Positions 1-10,491 are shown, counted from the stretch's first letter. The stretch is DNA of 64,000 nucleotides from Betaproteobacteria bacterium (GCA_025350245.1 JANXYG010000154.1:1593-65592), one strand, 5' to 3'. A program made the numbers and translations. Notes: generated from the letters alone by a model not told the origin.

Positions 1-69
1 GCGATGTGTTGGCGAGATCGCCACTGCTTGCTAGCATCCGCCGTCATCCCGACCTGAGGCCAGACTCGA

Positions 70-357
70 ATGTCCGCTTACCTGATTGTCGATATCGACG
101 TGACCGACCCGGCCGGCTACCAGGCCTATCGCCAGATGGTGGGTCCGATCGTCGACGCGGGCGGGGGTCGCTTCATCGTTCGTGGCGGCGCCGTCGACAT
201 CCTGGAGGGCGATTGGCGGCCGCAGCGGGTCGTGGTGCTCGAGTTTTCCAGCATGGAAGCAGCCAGGCAGTGGTATCACGGCGAGGGCTACGCTGAAGCC
301 AAGGCCCTGCGTCTGCGAACCGCCGTCTGCAATGTCGTCCTGGTCGAAGGCCTGTAA
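70..357 (+). CDS. DUF1330 domain-containing protein
   Basis: 95 aa; AYLIVDIDVTDP..Y..Y...GGRFIVRGG..LEG...RVVVLEFSS..AA..WY....Y pattern typical of DUF1330. Confidence 0.85.
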   Translation: MSAYLIVDIDVTDPAGYQAYRQMVGPIVDAGGGRFIVRGGAVDILEGDWRPQRVVVLEFSSMEAARQWYHGEGYAEAKALRLRTAVCNVVLVEGL

Positions 358-630
358 GGCGCGATCTGCTGCTGCTTGCATGGCATGCGAGTCTGTCCTG
401 CACCGGCGCCGGTATTGACCTGCCCCCCCCATTTACTCTGCTTCCGATTGTTTGTAGGGTACCAAAACCGTAAAAAATCATGGACTTTTGACCTTAATGT
501 CGTACCATATCTAATATACGGGGGGTAACTACCTACTTCAGAACATAAAAATCTCCAGTTGATTGATGCGGGGCGCAATTCATCAGCTTTCGGGCGGCGG
601 TTACTGAGGGCGTAAAGACAGGCACGAGGC

Positions 631-3177
631 ATGGGCAAACTCGGATTCTGGAAAGCGGACTGGTTCGTCGCGGTGGTGATCGCCCTTGTGGTGCTCATCG
701 TGTCGCGCGGATCGGCCATCCAGGGTATCGAACGAGTCGCCTACGACATGGGTGTGCGCGCCACCGGTGAGACGCCGAGCGACCGGATCGCGGTGATCGC
801 CATCGACGACCAGAGCATCGGCAACATCGGCCGCTGGCCCTGGCCACGCGACGTGCACGCGAAGATGATCGACCTGCTCACCCAGGCGAAGGCACGCACG
901 GTCGCCAGCACGGTGTTCTTCGCCGAGCCGCAAGTCGATCCCGGTCTGGTCTACATCAACAAGCTCATCGTTCAGTTCCAGGCCGCCCCGCCGGCGGCGC
1001 AGCAAGCGCTGCCCGAAATGGAGGTCACGCTCGGTGAGGCCGAACAGAACCTGAACACCGACCGCAAGCTTGCTGCGAGCATCGGTGCCGCCAGGAACGT
1101 CGTGCTGGCGATGGTGTTTCAGCAGTTCGATCGCGAACCAATGGGCAACCCCGATGGCGAGTTGCCGTCCTACGTGAAGAACAGCGTCCTGCCGCTGGCG
1201 GCGCAGACCGGCGATGGGGGTGACCTCCCGACCTCGGTCCTGAATCCGGTGATCCCGATCCCGGCCCTGGGCGATGTCGCCAGCGGCGTGGGGCATCTCA
1301 ACACCGGCATCGACGTCGATGGCGGCGTCAGGTCCGAGCCCCTGGTGGTGCGGTACTACGACATGCTGTTTCCCTCGCTGTCGTTGATGGTCGCGGCGCG
1401 CAGCCTGAATCTGCAGACCAAGGACGTTACCGTCCGGTACGGCGAAGGCGTGAAGCTCGGCAAGCTGTCGATTCGTACCGACGCCAATCTGCAGATGCTC
1501 ACCTACTTCTACCGCGATCGCGATGCCAAGCCTGCGTTCCAGGTGGATTCTTTTTACGACGTACTGAGCGGCAAGATTCCAGCCGACAAATATCGCGACA
1601 AGATCGTCCTGATCGGACCCACGGCAGCCGGGCTCGGCACCACGACCGTTACGCCGATTGCGGCGGCGATGTCGCCGGTGCTGATCCTTGCGCACTCGGT
1701 GTCGAGCCTTCTGCAGGAAGACTTCTTCGTTCAGCCCTCGTGGGCGCCGTATGTCTCGCTGGCCGCCATGCTGGTGATCGCGGCCTATCTGGCGCTGGTG
1801 CTGCCGCGGATCAAGGCGGGGTCGGCGGCGCTGATCACGGTGGGCTTGGCGGTGGCACTCATCGGCGCCCACTTCGCCCTGATGACCACCCAGTTGCTGT
1901 GGATCCCCCTGATGGCGCCTGTCGTGCTGCTCGTCATCGGCCATCTGGCGCTCACCACCAAGCGTTTTCTGGTCACCGAGCGTGGCAAGCTGAAGTCCGA
2001 TCTCGAATCCGCCGAATCCAATCGCATGCTCGGGCTCGCGTTCCAGGGGCAGGGGCAGCTCGACATGGCGTTCGACAAGTTCCGCAAGTGTCCGCTCGAT
2101 GCCTCGCTGATGGACAACCTGTACAACCTTGCTCTCGACTTCGAGCGTAAGCGCCAGTTCAACAAGGCGCAGTCCGTGTACGAATACATGGGCGGGCACA
2201 ATCCGAAGTTCCGCGACCTCGAGCAGAAGCTGTCGCGCGCGAAACAGATGTCCGAGACGGTCATTCTCGGCGGCAGCGGCGGCCGGAGCAACGCATCCAC
2301 CATGATTCTCGAGGGTGGTATGGTCGAGAAGCCCATGCTCGGCCGTTACCAGATCGAGAAGGAACTCGGCAAGGGTGCGATGGGCGTGGTGTACCTCGGC
2401 AAGGATCCCAAGATCGGCCGCGTGGTGGCGATCAAGACCATGGCGCTGTCGCAGGAATTCGAGCCCGACGAACTGGAAGACGTGAAGCAGCGGTTCTTCC
2501 GCGAGGCCGAAACCGCCGGGCGCCTGAATCACCCCAACATCGTCACCATCTTCGATGCCGGCGAAGAGCACGATCTCGCCTACATCGCCATGGAGTTTCT
2601 CAAGGGCAAGGACCTTGCCCCCTACGTCAAGGCCGATCGATTGTTGCCGCTGCCGCGGACGATGAGCATCGTTGCCCGGGTCGCCGACGCCCTGAACTAC
2701 GCGCATGCGCAGAATGTCGTGCACCGCGACATCAAGCCGGCCAACATCATGTACGACCCGGAGAGCGATTCGGTGAAAGTCACCGACTTCGGCATCGCGC
2801 GCATCACCGATTCGTCGAAGACCAAGACCGGCATGGTGCTCGGCACGCCCTCGTTCATGTCGCCGGAGCAGCTTGCCGGCCGCAAGATCGATGGCCCTTC
2901 CGACCTGTTTTCGCTCGGCGTCACGCTCTACCAGCTGGCCAGCGGTAGCCTCCCGTTCCAGGGTGAAACCATGACGCAGCTCATGTACAAGATCGCCAAT
3001 GAGCAGCCGATCGACATCCTCAGCGTCAACCCGGCGCTGCCGCCATGTCTGGCTGGCATCATCGATCGTGCCCTGGCCAAGAATGTCGAAGACCGGTTCC
3101 GCAGTGGCGACGAGATGGCGGCGGCGATCCGCCAGTGCGCGGCACAATTGTCATCAACAGTCGGCGTCGTCCTGTAA
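631..3177 (+). CDS. CHASE2-domain membrane Ser/Thr protein kinase
   Basis: N-terminal TM, CHASE2 motifs (IAIDDQSI..GRWPWPR, DVDGGVR, KIVLIG), three TMs, TPR-like segment, Hanks kinase (LGKGAMGVVY, VAIK, HRDIKPAN, DFG, GTPSFMSPE). Confidence 0.93.
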   Translation: MGKLGFWKADWFVAVVIALVVLIVSRGSAIQGIERVAYDMGVRATGETPSDRIAVIAIDDQSIGNIGRWPWPRDVHAKMIDLLTQAKARTVASTVFFAEPQVDPGLVYINKLIVQFQAAPPAAQQALPEMEVTLGEAEQNLNTDRKLAASIGAARNVVLAMVFQQFDREPMGNPDGELPSYVKNSVLPLAAQTGDGGDLPTSVLNPVIPIPALGDVASGVGHLNTGIDVDGGVRSEPLVVRYYDMLFPSLSLMVAARSLNLQTKDVTVRYGEGVKLGKLSIRTDANLQMLTYFYRDRDAKPAFQVDSFYDVLSGKIPADKYRDKIVLIGPTAAGLGTTTVTPIAAAMSPVLILAHSVSSLLQEDFFVQPSWAPYVSLAAMLVIAAYLALVLPRIKAGSAALITVGLAVALIGAHFALMTTQLLWIPLMAPVVLLVIGHLALTTKRFLVTERGKLKSDLESAESNRMLGLAFQGQGQLDMAFDKFRKCPLDASLMDNLYNLALDFERKRQFNKAQSVYEYMGGHNPKFRDLEQKLSRAKQMSETVILGGSGGRSNASTMILEGGMVEKPMLGRYQIEKELGKGAMGVVYLGKDPKIGRVVAIKTMALSQEFEPDELEDVKQRFFREAETAGRLNHPNIVTIFDAGEEHDLAYIAMEFLKGKDLAPYVKADRLLPLPRTMSIVARVADALNYAHAQNVVHRDIKPANIMYDPESDSVKVTDFGIARITDSSKTKTGMVLGTPSFMSPEQLAGRKIDGPSDLFSLGVTLYQLASGSLPFQGETMTQLMYKIANEQPIDILSVNPALPPCLAGIIDRALAKNVEDRFRSGDEMAAAIRQCAAQLSSTVGVVL

Positions 3178-3180
3178 TCC

Positions 3181-4005
3181 ATGAATCTGGTCAAGGCCCT
3201 GGAAATCTCGACCGCCACGCACACCGGCATGGTCCGCTCCCACAACGAAGACGCCTGCGCGGCCGATGGCGAGATCGGTCTCGCCGTTCTCGCCGATGGA
3301 ATGGGGGGCTACAACGCCGGCGAAGTCGCGAGCGGCATCGCGGTGGCGCTGATCACCTCGGAGATGCGCCAAGCCATCGCCCGCACCAGTCTGCACGGTC
3401 TCGATCAGGCCGATGGCGATTTGCAGGCGATCCGGCTGCTCAAGGGCATCACCGCGAAGGCGAACACGTCGATCTACCAATCGGCGAACAGCCAGCCGCA
3501 GTATGCCGGCATGGGCACCACCCTGGTCGTCACCCTGTTCCGCGACAATCGGCTGTCGGTGGCACACATCGGCGACTCGCGCCTTTACCGATTGCGTGAC
3601 GAGCGGCTGGAGCAGATCACCCGCGACCACAGCCTGCTGCAGGAGCAGATCGACGCCGGCATGATCAGCCGCGAAGCGGCCCGGCATTCGCAGAACAAGA
3701 ATCTGGTCACGCGTGCCCTGGGTATCGAGGCCGATGCCGAGGCCGAGATCCATACCTACGACGCGCGACCCGGAGACCTGTACCTGCTCTGCTCCGACGG
3801 GCTGAACGACATGGTCGAGGACGAGGACATCGAACTCACCCTTAACGCCATGGGGGCGAACCTGCCGCTGGCCGCGAACCAGCTGGTGCAGATGGCAAAC
3901 GACAATGGCGGACGTGACAACGTGTCTGTCATTCTGGTGAAAGTGACTCGCGACTTTCCGGCGGCGGAGACCTGGCTCGGCAAGGTCCTGTCGTGGTTCA
4001 AGTAA
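3181..4005 (+). CDS. PP2C-family (Stp1/PppA-like) Ser/Thr phosphatase
   Basis: RSHNED, ADGMGG, MGTT, HIGDSR, LCSDGL and GGRDN motifs. Confidence 0.95.
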   Translation: MNLVKALEISTATHTGMVRSHNEDACAADGEIGLAVLADGMGGYNAGEVASGIAVALITSEMRQAIARTSLHGLDQADGDLQAIRLLKGITAKANTSIYQSANSQPQYAGMGTTLVVTLFRDNRLSVAHIGDSRLYRLRDERLEQITRDHSLLQEQIDAGMISREAARHSQNKNLVTRALGIEADAEAEIHTYDARPGDLYLLCSDGLNDMVEDEDIELTLNAMGANLPLAANQLVQMANDNGGRDNVSVILVKVTRDFPAAETWLGKVLSWFK

Positions 4006-4021
4006 ACACAGGGATGGTGCT

Positions 4022-4789
4022 ATGGCTAAGCTGACTCTCACGCTCGATGGTGTGGTCCTCAAGGAATACACGCTGACCAAGGAGCGCACCACGATCGGCC
4101 GCAAGGCCCACAACGACATCCCGATCGAGAACCTTGCGGTCAGCGGCGAACATGCCGCGATCGTGACCATCCTCAACGACTCGTTCCTCGAAGATCTCGG
4201 CAGCACCAACGGGACGCTGGTCAACGGGCAACCGGTCAAGAAGCATTTTCTGCAGAACGGCGACACGGTCGAGATCGGCAAGTACAAGCTCAAGTACGCC
4301 AACGAGTCGATCGCCGGCACCAGCGCCGCTGATTTCGAGAAAACCATGGTGCTGCGCGCGCCGCCTCGTGTGCCGGTCGAGGCCCGCATGGGTGATACCA
4401 ATGCTGGCACCGCCACCCTCCCGCCCGCGGCCCGGCTCACCGATACCCAGATCAATGCGGCCCGCAACATGGCTGCCGCGTCGGCGCCTCCCCCCCCCGC
4501 GCCCCCGATCCAGGCTGGTCCCCAGGGGGTGATCCAGATTCTGTCCGGGCCGAACGCCGGCAAGGAACTGCCGCTCGCGAAGGCACTGACCACACTGGGC
4601 AAGCCCGGGGTGCAGGTTGCCGTGATCGCCAAGCGGCCGCAGGGCTATTTCATCACTCATGTCGAAGGCACCACGATGCCGATCCTCAACGGCAGGGCGC
4701 TCGACGGACAGGCTCATCAGATCAAGGACCACGACGTGATCGAACTCGCCGGCGTGAAGATGGAGTTCTTTTTTCGGCCGGCAGTTTGA
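4022..4789 (+). CDS. FHA domain protein (N-terminal canonical FHA, C-terminal FHA-like domain)
   Basis: IGR..NDI...VSGEHA...DLGSTNGT FHA motif; Pro/Ala-rich linker; second degenerate FHA-like domain (TTLGK...LNG...DHDVIELAG). Confidence 0.9.
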   Translation: MAKLTLTLDGVVLKEYTLTKERTTIGRKAHNDIPIENLAVSGEHAAIVTILNDSFLEDLGSTNGTLVNGQPVKKHFLQNGDTVEIGKYKLKYANESIAGTSAADFEKTMVLRAPPRVPVEARMGDTNAGTATLPPAARLTDTQINAARNMAAASAPPPPAPPIQAGPQGVIQILSGPNAGKELPLAKALTTLGKPGVQVAVIAKRPQGYFITHVEGTTMPILNGRALDGQAHQIKDHDVIELAGVKMEFFFRPAV

Positions 4790-4830
4790 CGCGTCACAGC
4801 GGCTGACGGGCACCTCATGGTTCGGTCGGG

Positions 4831-7104
4831 TTGGTCTCGTCCGCAAGGGCACATCGAGGTCGATACGGGGGCTTTTTGAAGAAACACGCTGCGCGCATCA
4901 TTCTTGGGTTGGTGGTTCTGGCCTTCTTCCTGGTGCACGCGGCGGGCATCACCCGGTTCGGCTTCATCGAACGCCTGGAGGCATTCGCCTACGACGCGCG
5001 GCTGCTGCTCACCATGCCGCGCACCGTCGACCCCCGGGTCGTGATCGTCGACATCGACGAGAAAAGCCTGGCCGAGGAGGGTCGCTGGCCATGGCGCCGC
5101 GACCGTGTCGCCGAACTGGTGGCGAAGCTGTTCGATCGCTATCACATCAGCGTGCTCGGCTTCGACGTGGTGTTCGCGGAGCGTGACGAGAGTTCGGGCC
5201 TGGGCATCCTGCGCGGTCTCGAACAGGGCGAACTGCGCGGGGATGCGCAGTTCCGCAATGCGATCGACGCGCTGGCACCGAGGCTGGAATACGACCGGCT
5301 GCTGGCCGAGCAACTGAAGGGCCGACCGGTCATCCTCGGTTTCTACTTCACCAATCTGGTGCCCCAGGGTACCGACGGAGTTGCGATCGGTGCCATCCCG
5401 AAGCCGGTGCTCCCGGCCGGAACCTTCGGCGGCCGCACCATCCGCTTCACCAGTTTTCCGGGCTTCGGCGGCAACCTGCCGGAACTCCAGGCGGCGGCTG
5501 CCGGGGGTGGACACTTCACCCCTGCGACCGACGTCGACGGCGTGCATCGCAGCGTGCCGATGCTGGCCGAGTACAAGGGTGCCTACTACGAGCCGCTGGC
5601 GATGGCGGTCACGCGGCTGTTGCTGCAATCGCCCGCGATCAAACCGGGCTATCCCGCCGACAGCGTCTTCACCAAGGGATATCCCGGCCTCGAATGGCTG
5701 GAGATCGGGCCGCTGCGGGTGCCGGTGGACGAGCAGGTGCGCGCGCTGGTGCCGTATCGCGGACCGGAACGCAGCTTTCCCTATGTGTCGGCCGCCGACG
5801 TGCTGCGTGACCGGGTCGCGCCCGAGATTCTCAAGGGTCGGGTGGTGCTGGTCGGCACCACCGCCCCCGGCCTGCAGGATCTGCGGTCCACGCCGGTCGC
5901 TCCGCTCTACCCCGGGGTCGAGATCCACGCCAACCTGATCGCCGGTATGCTCGACGGCAACATCAAGCAGAAACCACCCTATGTGCTCGGCGCCGAGGTG
6001 GTGCTGTTGTCCCTGATCGGCCTGGCGCTCGCGATCGGGCTGCCGTTCCTGAATCCGATGCGGGCCACGATCGCCACCGTGGCCGTGCTCGGCGCGGTGT
6101 TCGCGCTCAATCTGGCAGTGTGGAGCGGTGGCAACCTGGTCTTGCCGCTGGCGTCGGGGCTGCTGCTTACGACGGCGCTGTACGCCCTCAACATGTCCTA
6201 TGGCTACTTCGTCGAGACCCGGGCGAAGCGCAAGATAACGGATCGCTTCGGTCAGTATGTTCCGCCGGAGATCGCCGAGGAGATGAGCCGAAACCCCGAC
6301 CAGTACTCGCTCGAAGGCGAGAACCGGGAACTGTCGGTGCTGTTCTCCGACGTGCGCAACTTCACCACCATCTCCGAGGGCCTCGACCCCAAAGCCCTGT
6401 CGCAGCTCATGAACGCCTATCTGACGCCGATGACGCGGGTGATCTACAGCCAGCGCGGCACCATCGACAAGTACATGGGCGACGCCATCATGGCCTTCTG
6501 GGGGGCGCCGATCGACGATCCGGATCACGCCCGGCACGCGGTGATGGCAGGTATGGAAATGCAGGCGAAGCTCGCGGCGCTGGAACCTGAGTTCATTGCC
6601 CGCGGCTGGCCGCCACTGCGTATCGGGGTCGGCGTCAACAGCGGGCGCATGAACGTGGGCAACATGGGCTCCGAGGTGCGCATGGCCTATACCGTCATGG
6701 GCGACGCGGTGAACCTCGCGTCGCGTCTGGAGAACATCACCAAGCGCTATGGCGTGGCCATGATCGTGGGCGAGAGCACCAAGGCGATGGTGCCCGAGGT
6801 TGTCTACCGCGAGATCGACCGCGTCCGGGTGAAAGGCAAGGCGGTTCCGGTCGCGATCTTCGAACCGGTCGGCATGCAGACCGAAGTCGGCAAGGATGTG
6901 CTCGACCGCCTCAAGCTGTTCCAGCAGGCGCTCAAGTTCTACCGCGCCCAGGATTGGGACAAGGCCGAGCTGCAACTGCTCAATCTCCAGCGCATGGAGC
7001 CCGGCGTAGTGCTATACGAGGCCTATCTGGAGCGCATCGCCCACTTTCGCCTGACCCCGCCGCCCACCGGGTGGGACGGCGTCTACGACTTCGACACCAA
7101 ATAG
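4831..7104 (+). CDS. CHASE2-domain class III adenylate/guanylate cyclase (true start may be a downstream TTG near 4876)
   Basis: CHASE2 (IVDIDEKSL..GRWPWRR, DVDGVHR, YPGVEIHA), TMs, catalytic domain FSDVRNFT, DKYMGDA, YTVMGDAVNLASRLE. Confidence 0.93.
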   Translation: MVSSARAHRGRYGGFLKKHAARIILGLVVLAFFLVHAAGITRFGFIERLEAFAYDARLLLTMPRTVDPRVVIVDIDEKSLAEEGRWPWRRDRVAELVAKLFDRYHISVLGFDVVFAERDESSGLGILRGLEQGELRGDAQFRNAIDALAPRLEYDRLLAEQLKGRPVILGFYFTNLVPQGTDGVAIGAIPKPVLPAGTFGGRTIRFTSFPGFGGNLPELQAAAAGGGHFTPATDVDGVHRSVPMLAEYKGAYYEPLAMAVTRLLLQSPAIKPGYPADSVFTKGYPGLEWLEIGPLRVPVDEQVRALVPYRGPERSFPYVSAADVLRDRVAPEILKGRVVLVGTTAPGLQDLRSTPVAPLYPGVEIHANLIAGMLDGNIKQKPPYVLGAEVVLLSLIGLALAIGLPFLNPMRATIATVAVLGAVFALNLAVWSGGNLVLPLASGLLLTTALYALNMSYGYFVETRAKRKITDRFGQYVPPEIAEEMSRNPDQYSLEGENRELSVLFSDVRNFTTISEGLDPKALSQLMNAYLTPMTRVIYSQRGTIDKYMGDAIMAFWGAPIDDPDHARHAVMAGMEMQAKLAALEPEFIARGWPPLRIGVGVNSGRMNVGNMGSEVRMAYTVMGDAVNLASRLENITKRYGVAMIVGESTKAMVPEVVYREIDRVRVKGKAVPVAIFEPVGMQTEVGKDVLDRLKLFQQALKFYRAQDWDKAELQLLNLQRMEPGVVLYEAYLERIAHFRLTPPPTGWDGVYDFDTK

Positions 7105-7106
7105 CC

Positions 7107-7871
7107 ATGCTGATACGAGTACTGGGTTGCAGCGGCGGCATCGGTGGCAACCTGCGCACCACCTCGATGCTGCTCGACCAGGATGTCCTGATCGACGCCG
7201 GTACCGGCGTCGGCGACCTGACCCTGGCCGAGCTCCAGCTCATCGACCATGTCTTCCTGACCCACAGCCATCTCGACCACCTGGCGATGCTGCCGTTCCT
7301 GGTCGACACCGTCGGGGGCATGCGCGACCGCCCGATCATGGTGTACTCGACTGCGGAAACCCTGGCGATCCTCCGGGCCCACATCTTCAACTGGCTGATC
7401 TGGCCCGACTTCTCCCAGATTCCGAACGAAACCCGGCCGTTCCTCCGGTTCCAGCCGATCGCGCTCGGCGAGACCATCGATCTGCAGGGGCGCCGCATCA
7501 CCGCGCTCCCGGCTTGCCATACGGTACCGGCCAACGGTTACCAGCTCGACAGCGGTGACGCCAGCCTGGTTTTCACCGGTGACACCTGCACCTGCGACGC
7601 GCTGTGGGTCGAAGTGAACAAGATCCGGAACCTGCGCTACCTGATCATCGAAACCGCGTTCGGCAACTCGGACCGCGAGTTGTCGCTCGCCTCCAAGCAC
7701 CTGTGGCCCGACGGGTTGGCGATCGAGCTGGGCAAGCTTACGCAGCCGGTGCGGGTGTTCGTGACTCACCTCAAGCCCGGGGAAGGTGCCATCACCATGG
7801 CGGAGGTCGAGGAGTGCGCCGGGCAATATCAGCCGCGCATGCTCGCCAACGGTCATGTATTCAAGTTCTGA
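7107..7871 (+). CDS. 3',5'-cyclic-nucleotide phosphodiesterase (class II, metallo-beta-lactamase fold)
   Basis: MLIRVLGCSGG start 2 nt after the cyclase stop; LIDAGTG, THSHLDH, HIFNWLIWPDF, FTGDT, THLKP motifs. Confidence 0.85.
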   Translation: MLIRVLGCSGGIGGNLRTTSMLLDQDVLIDAGTGVGDLTLAELQLIDHVFLTHSHLDHLAMLPFLVDTVGGMRDRPIMVYSTAETLAILRAHIFNWLIWPDFSQIPNETRPFLRFQPIALGETIDLQGRRITALPACHTVPANGYQLDSGDASLVFTGDTCTCDALWVEVNKIRNLRYLIIETAFGNSDRELSLASKHLWPDGLAIELGKLTQPVRVFVTHLKPGEGAITMAEVEECAGQYQPRMLANGHVFKF

Positions 7872-7998
7872 AACACCCTCGTGTTCACGCAATGCTCATC
7901 CCGGGTGGGGTTTAGAATCATGAAGCCAGAGTCGCGCTGCGGCGACGGCAAGGGCTGCCGGGGTGGTCCGGGGCCGGGTATTCGCCAAGGATGAAGCC

Positions 7999-10389
7999 AT
8001 GAGTTCCGTGATCGAGTCGAAGCCGCAGTCGAGCCAGAATCTGGCCGAGATGAGCAGCAAGCTGGAATTCCAGCGCAAGCTGCAGGCGGTCACGAACAAG
8101 ATCCACGCGACCGCCAACATCGACGAGCTGATGCTCGAGCTCTCGCAGGATATCTGCTCGCTGTTCGACGCCGATCGCCTCACCATCTACGCCCTTGCCG
8201 AAGACAAGCAGTCGATCGTCTCCAAGGTCAAGAGCGGTCTGGCGTCGTTCAAGGACCTCAAGCTGCCGTTGAACGAGCAGTCGATCGCGGGCTACGTGGC
8301 GCTCACGCGCAAGCTCATCAACATCCGCGATGTCTACGATGAGAACGAACTCAAGCGCCTGAGCCCGCAACTGCGCTTCCTGAAAGAGGTCGACAAGCGC
8401 ACCGGCTACCGCACCAAGCAGATGCTGGTCACCCCGGTGATGGAGGTTGGCACCAACGAGCTCGTCGGCGTCATCCAGATCATCAACAACCACGTGGATG
8501 AGGCCTTCGGTACGCTGGCCGAAGAAGGCATCACGCATCTTTGCGAAACGCTCTCGATCGCGCTCAAGCAGCGCCAGCGGACGCCGAACACGGTCAAGGG
8601 CAAATACGACGGGCTGGTTGCCAACGCGGTGCTGTCGGGCGAGGAAATGGAGCTGGCGACGCGCTCGGCGCGGCGCAAGGGCCTGGATATCGAGGAGGTT
8701 CTGACCGACGAATTCCAGGTCAAGCCACAGGCCATCGGCGAAGCGCTGGCGAGCTTCTTCGGCGTTCCGTACGAGCCATTCCGTCTCGACCGTATCAAAC
8801 CGATGGATCTGCTCAAGAACCTGAAGCGCGAGTTCGTCGAGAGCAACGGCTGGGTGCCGCTGGAGGAGAACAAGGACGGCATCCTGGTGGTCACCACCGA
8901 TCCGGAACGGTTGCGCGCCTCGCGCGTCGTCTCCAACGTGTTCCCGCGCTCGAAGGTGCAATTCCGGGTGTGCCCGCTGCGCGAGTTTCGCGCCACGCTC
9001 GACCAGTTTTTCGGCGGCAACGGCGTCGAGATCATTGACGGCGCCGATATCGGCGAGCTGCTCGGCAAGCTCGACGACGACATCGACGAGGGTGCGACCG
9101 CCACCAACGACGACGTTTCGCTGGCGCAGGATAACGAACTGGTCAAGCTGGTCAACAAGATCATCATCGACGCCTATCACCAGGGCGCCTCCGACATCCA
9201 CATCGAGCCATTTCCGGGCAAGGCCAAGACCGAGGTGCGCTTCCGCAAGGACGGCACGCTGACACACTACATTTCGGTGCCGGCGTCGTACCGCAACGCG
9301 CTGATCGCGCGGCTGAAGATCATGTGCGATCTCGACATCTCCGAGAAGCGCAAGCCGCAGGACGGCAAGATCAAGTTTCGCAAGTTCGGCCCGCTCGACA
9401 TCGAGCTGCGGGTCGCGACCGTGCCCTCCGCCGGCGGCGTCGAAGACATCGTGATGCGAATCCTCGCGGCCGGCGAGCCGATTCCGCTGGAGAAGCTGGG
9501 CCTGTCGGCGCGCAACTTCAAGAACGTCAAGGACACCGTCACCAAGCCCTACGGCCTGTTCTTCGTGTGCGGCCCGACCGGCTCCGGCAAGACCACGACC
9601 CTGCACTCGGTTCTAGGCTACCTCAACACGCCCGAAACCAAGATCTGGACCGCTGAAGACCCGGTGGAAATCACCCAGAAGGGCTTGCGCCAGGTCCAGA
9701 TGAATCCGAAGGCGGGCCTGAACTTCGCCACGGCGATGCGCGCCTTCCTGCGAGCCGATCCCGACATCATCATGGTCGGCGAAATGCGCGACAAGGAAAC
9801 CACAGCGATCGGCATCGAAGCCTCGCTCACCGGCCACCTGGTGTTCGCGACGCTGCACACCAACAGCGCGCCCGAGTCGGTCGTCCGCCTGCTCGACATG
9901 GGCATGGACCCGTTCAACTTCGCCGATGCCCTGCTGGGCGTGCTGGCGCAGCGTCTGGCCAAACGGCTGTGCGCCAAATGCAAGGCGCCGCACGTGCCCA
10001 GCAGCGAGGAGCTGAAAGGCATGCTCGAAGAATACTGCTCGGAGTTGCGCAATACTGAGCAGTGGAAAAAGGATCCTAAAGCCGCCTACGAAGGCATCTA
10101 TCGCGAATGGGTGCAGACCTTCGGCAACGAGAAGGGTCAGATCATGGTCAATTCGCCGGTCGGGTGCGACGTTTGCAATGGCACCGGTTACAAAGGACGT
10201 GTCGGCCTGCACGAACTGCTGGTTGGCTCCGACACGGTCAAGAAGCACATCCAGGAGCACGCGCGGGTCGCCGAGATCGTTGCCACGGCCTTGGCCGAGG
10301 GCATGCGAACCCTCAAGCAGGATGGCATCGAGAAAGTGCTACAGGGCATCACCGACATGAAGCAGGTGCGCGCGGTCTGCATCAAGTGA
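7999..10389 (+). CDS. GAF-domain-containing PilB/GspE-family secretion/pilus assembly ATPase
   Basis: N-terminal GAF ([26 protein letters not shown]); ASDIHIEP, Walker [14 protein letters not shown], Walker [23 protein letters not shown], two CxxC motifs. Confidence 0.92.
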   Translation: MSSVIESKPQSSQNLAEMSSKLEFQRKLQAVTNKIHATANIDELMLELSQDICSLFDADRLTIYALAEDKQSIVSKVKSGLASFKDLKLPLNEQSIAGYVALTRKLINIRDVYDENELKRLSPQLRFLKEVDKRTGYRTKQMLVTPVMEVGTNELVGVIQIINNHVDEAFGTLAEEGITHLCETLSIALKQRQRTPNTVKGKYDGLVANAVLSGEEMELATRSARRKGLDIEEVLTDEFQVKPQAIGEALASFFGVPYEPFRLDRIKPMDLLKNLKREFVESNGWVPLEENKDGILVVTTDPERLRASRVVSNVFPRSKVQFRVCPLREFRATLDQFFGGNGVEIIDGADIGELLGKLDDDIDEGATATNDDVSLAQDNELVKLVNKIIIDAYHQGASDIHIEPFPGKAKTEVRFRKDGTLTHYISVPASYRNALIARLKIMCDLDISEKRKPQDGKIKFRKFGPLDIELRVATVPSAGGVEDIVMRILAAGEPIPLEKLGLSARNFKNVKDTVTKPYGLFFVCGPTGSGKTTTLHSVLGYLNTPETKIWTAEDPVEITQKGLRQVQMNPKAGLNFATAMRAFLRADPDIIMVGEMRDKETTAIGIEASLTGHLVFATLHTNSAPESVVRLLDMGMDPFNFADALLGVLAQRLAKRLCAKCKAPHVPSSEELKGMLEEYCSELRNTEQWKKDPKAAYEGIYREWVQTFGNEKGQIMVNSPVGCDVCNGTGYKGRVGLHELLVGSDTVKKHIQEHARVAEIVATALAEGMRTLKQDGIEKVLQGITDMKQVRAVCIK

Positions 10390-10400
10390 GAGGTTACTCC

Positions 10401-10470
10401 CACCCCCAGCCTGCGCTGCGCTACGGCTTCCCCCCAGAGGGGCAACATCCTGGGGGGACCCTGCGGTGCT
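10401..10470 (+). repeat. Dispersed intergenic hairpin repeat, copy 1 (diverged)
   Basis: CACCCCCAGCCTGCGCTGCGCTACGGCTTCCCCCCAGAGGGGC...GGGGGGACCCTGCG; same family as copies at 32.5, 45.6, 47.3, 52.2 and 61.4 kb. Confidence 0.8.
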
Positions 10471-10491
10471 GAGCGGTCGGCCTCCCACCCG

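Noticed and set aside
631-4789. Kinase/PP2C/FHA triad as part of a type VI secretion locus
   Set aside because: No tss, hcp or vgrG genes in the window; the neighbours are cyclase and pilus genes
4831-7871. Cyclase plus MBL-fold gene as a Pycsar/CBASS anti-phage system
   Set aside because: The cyclase is a membrane CHASE2 sensor with adenylate-specifying residues, and the partner looks like a class II PDE rather than a TIR or TM effector
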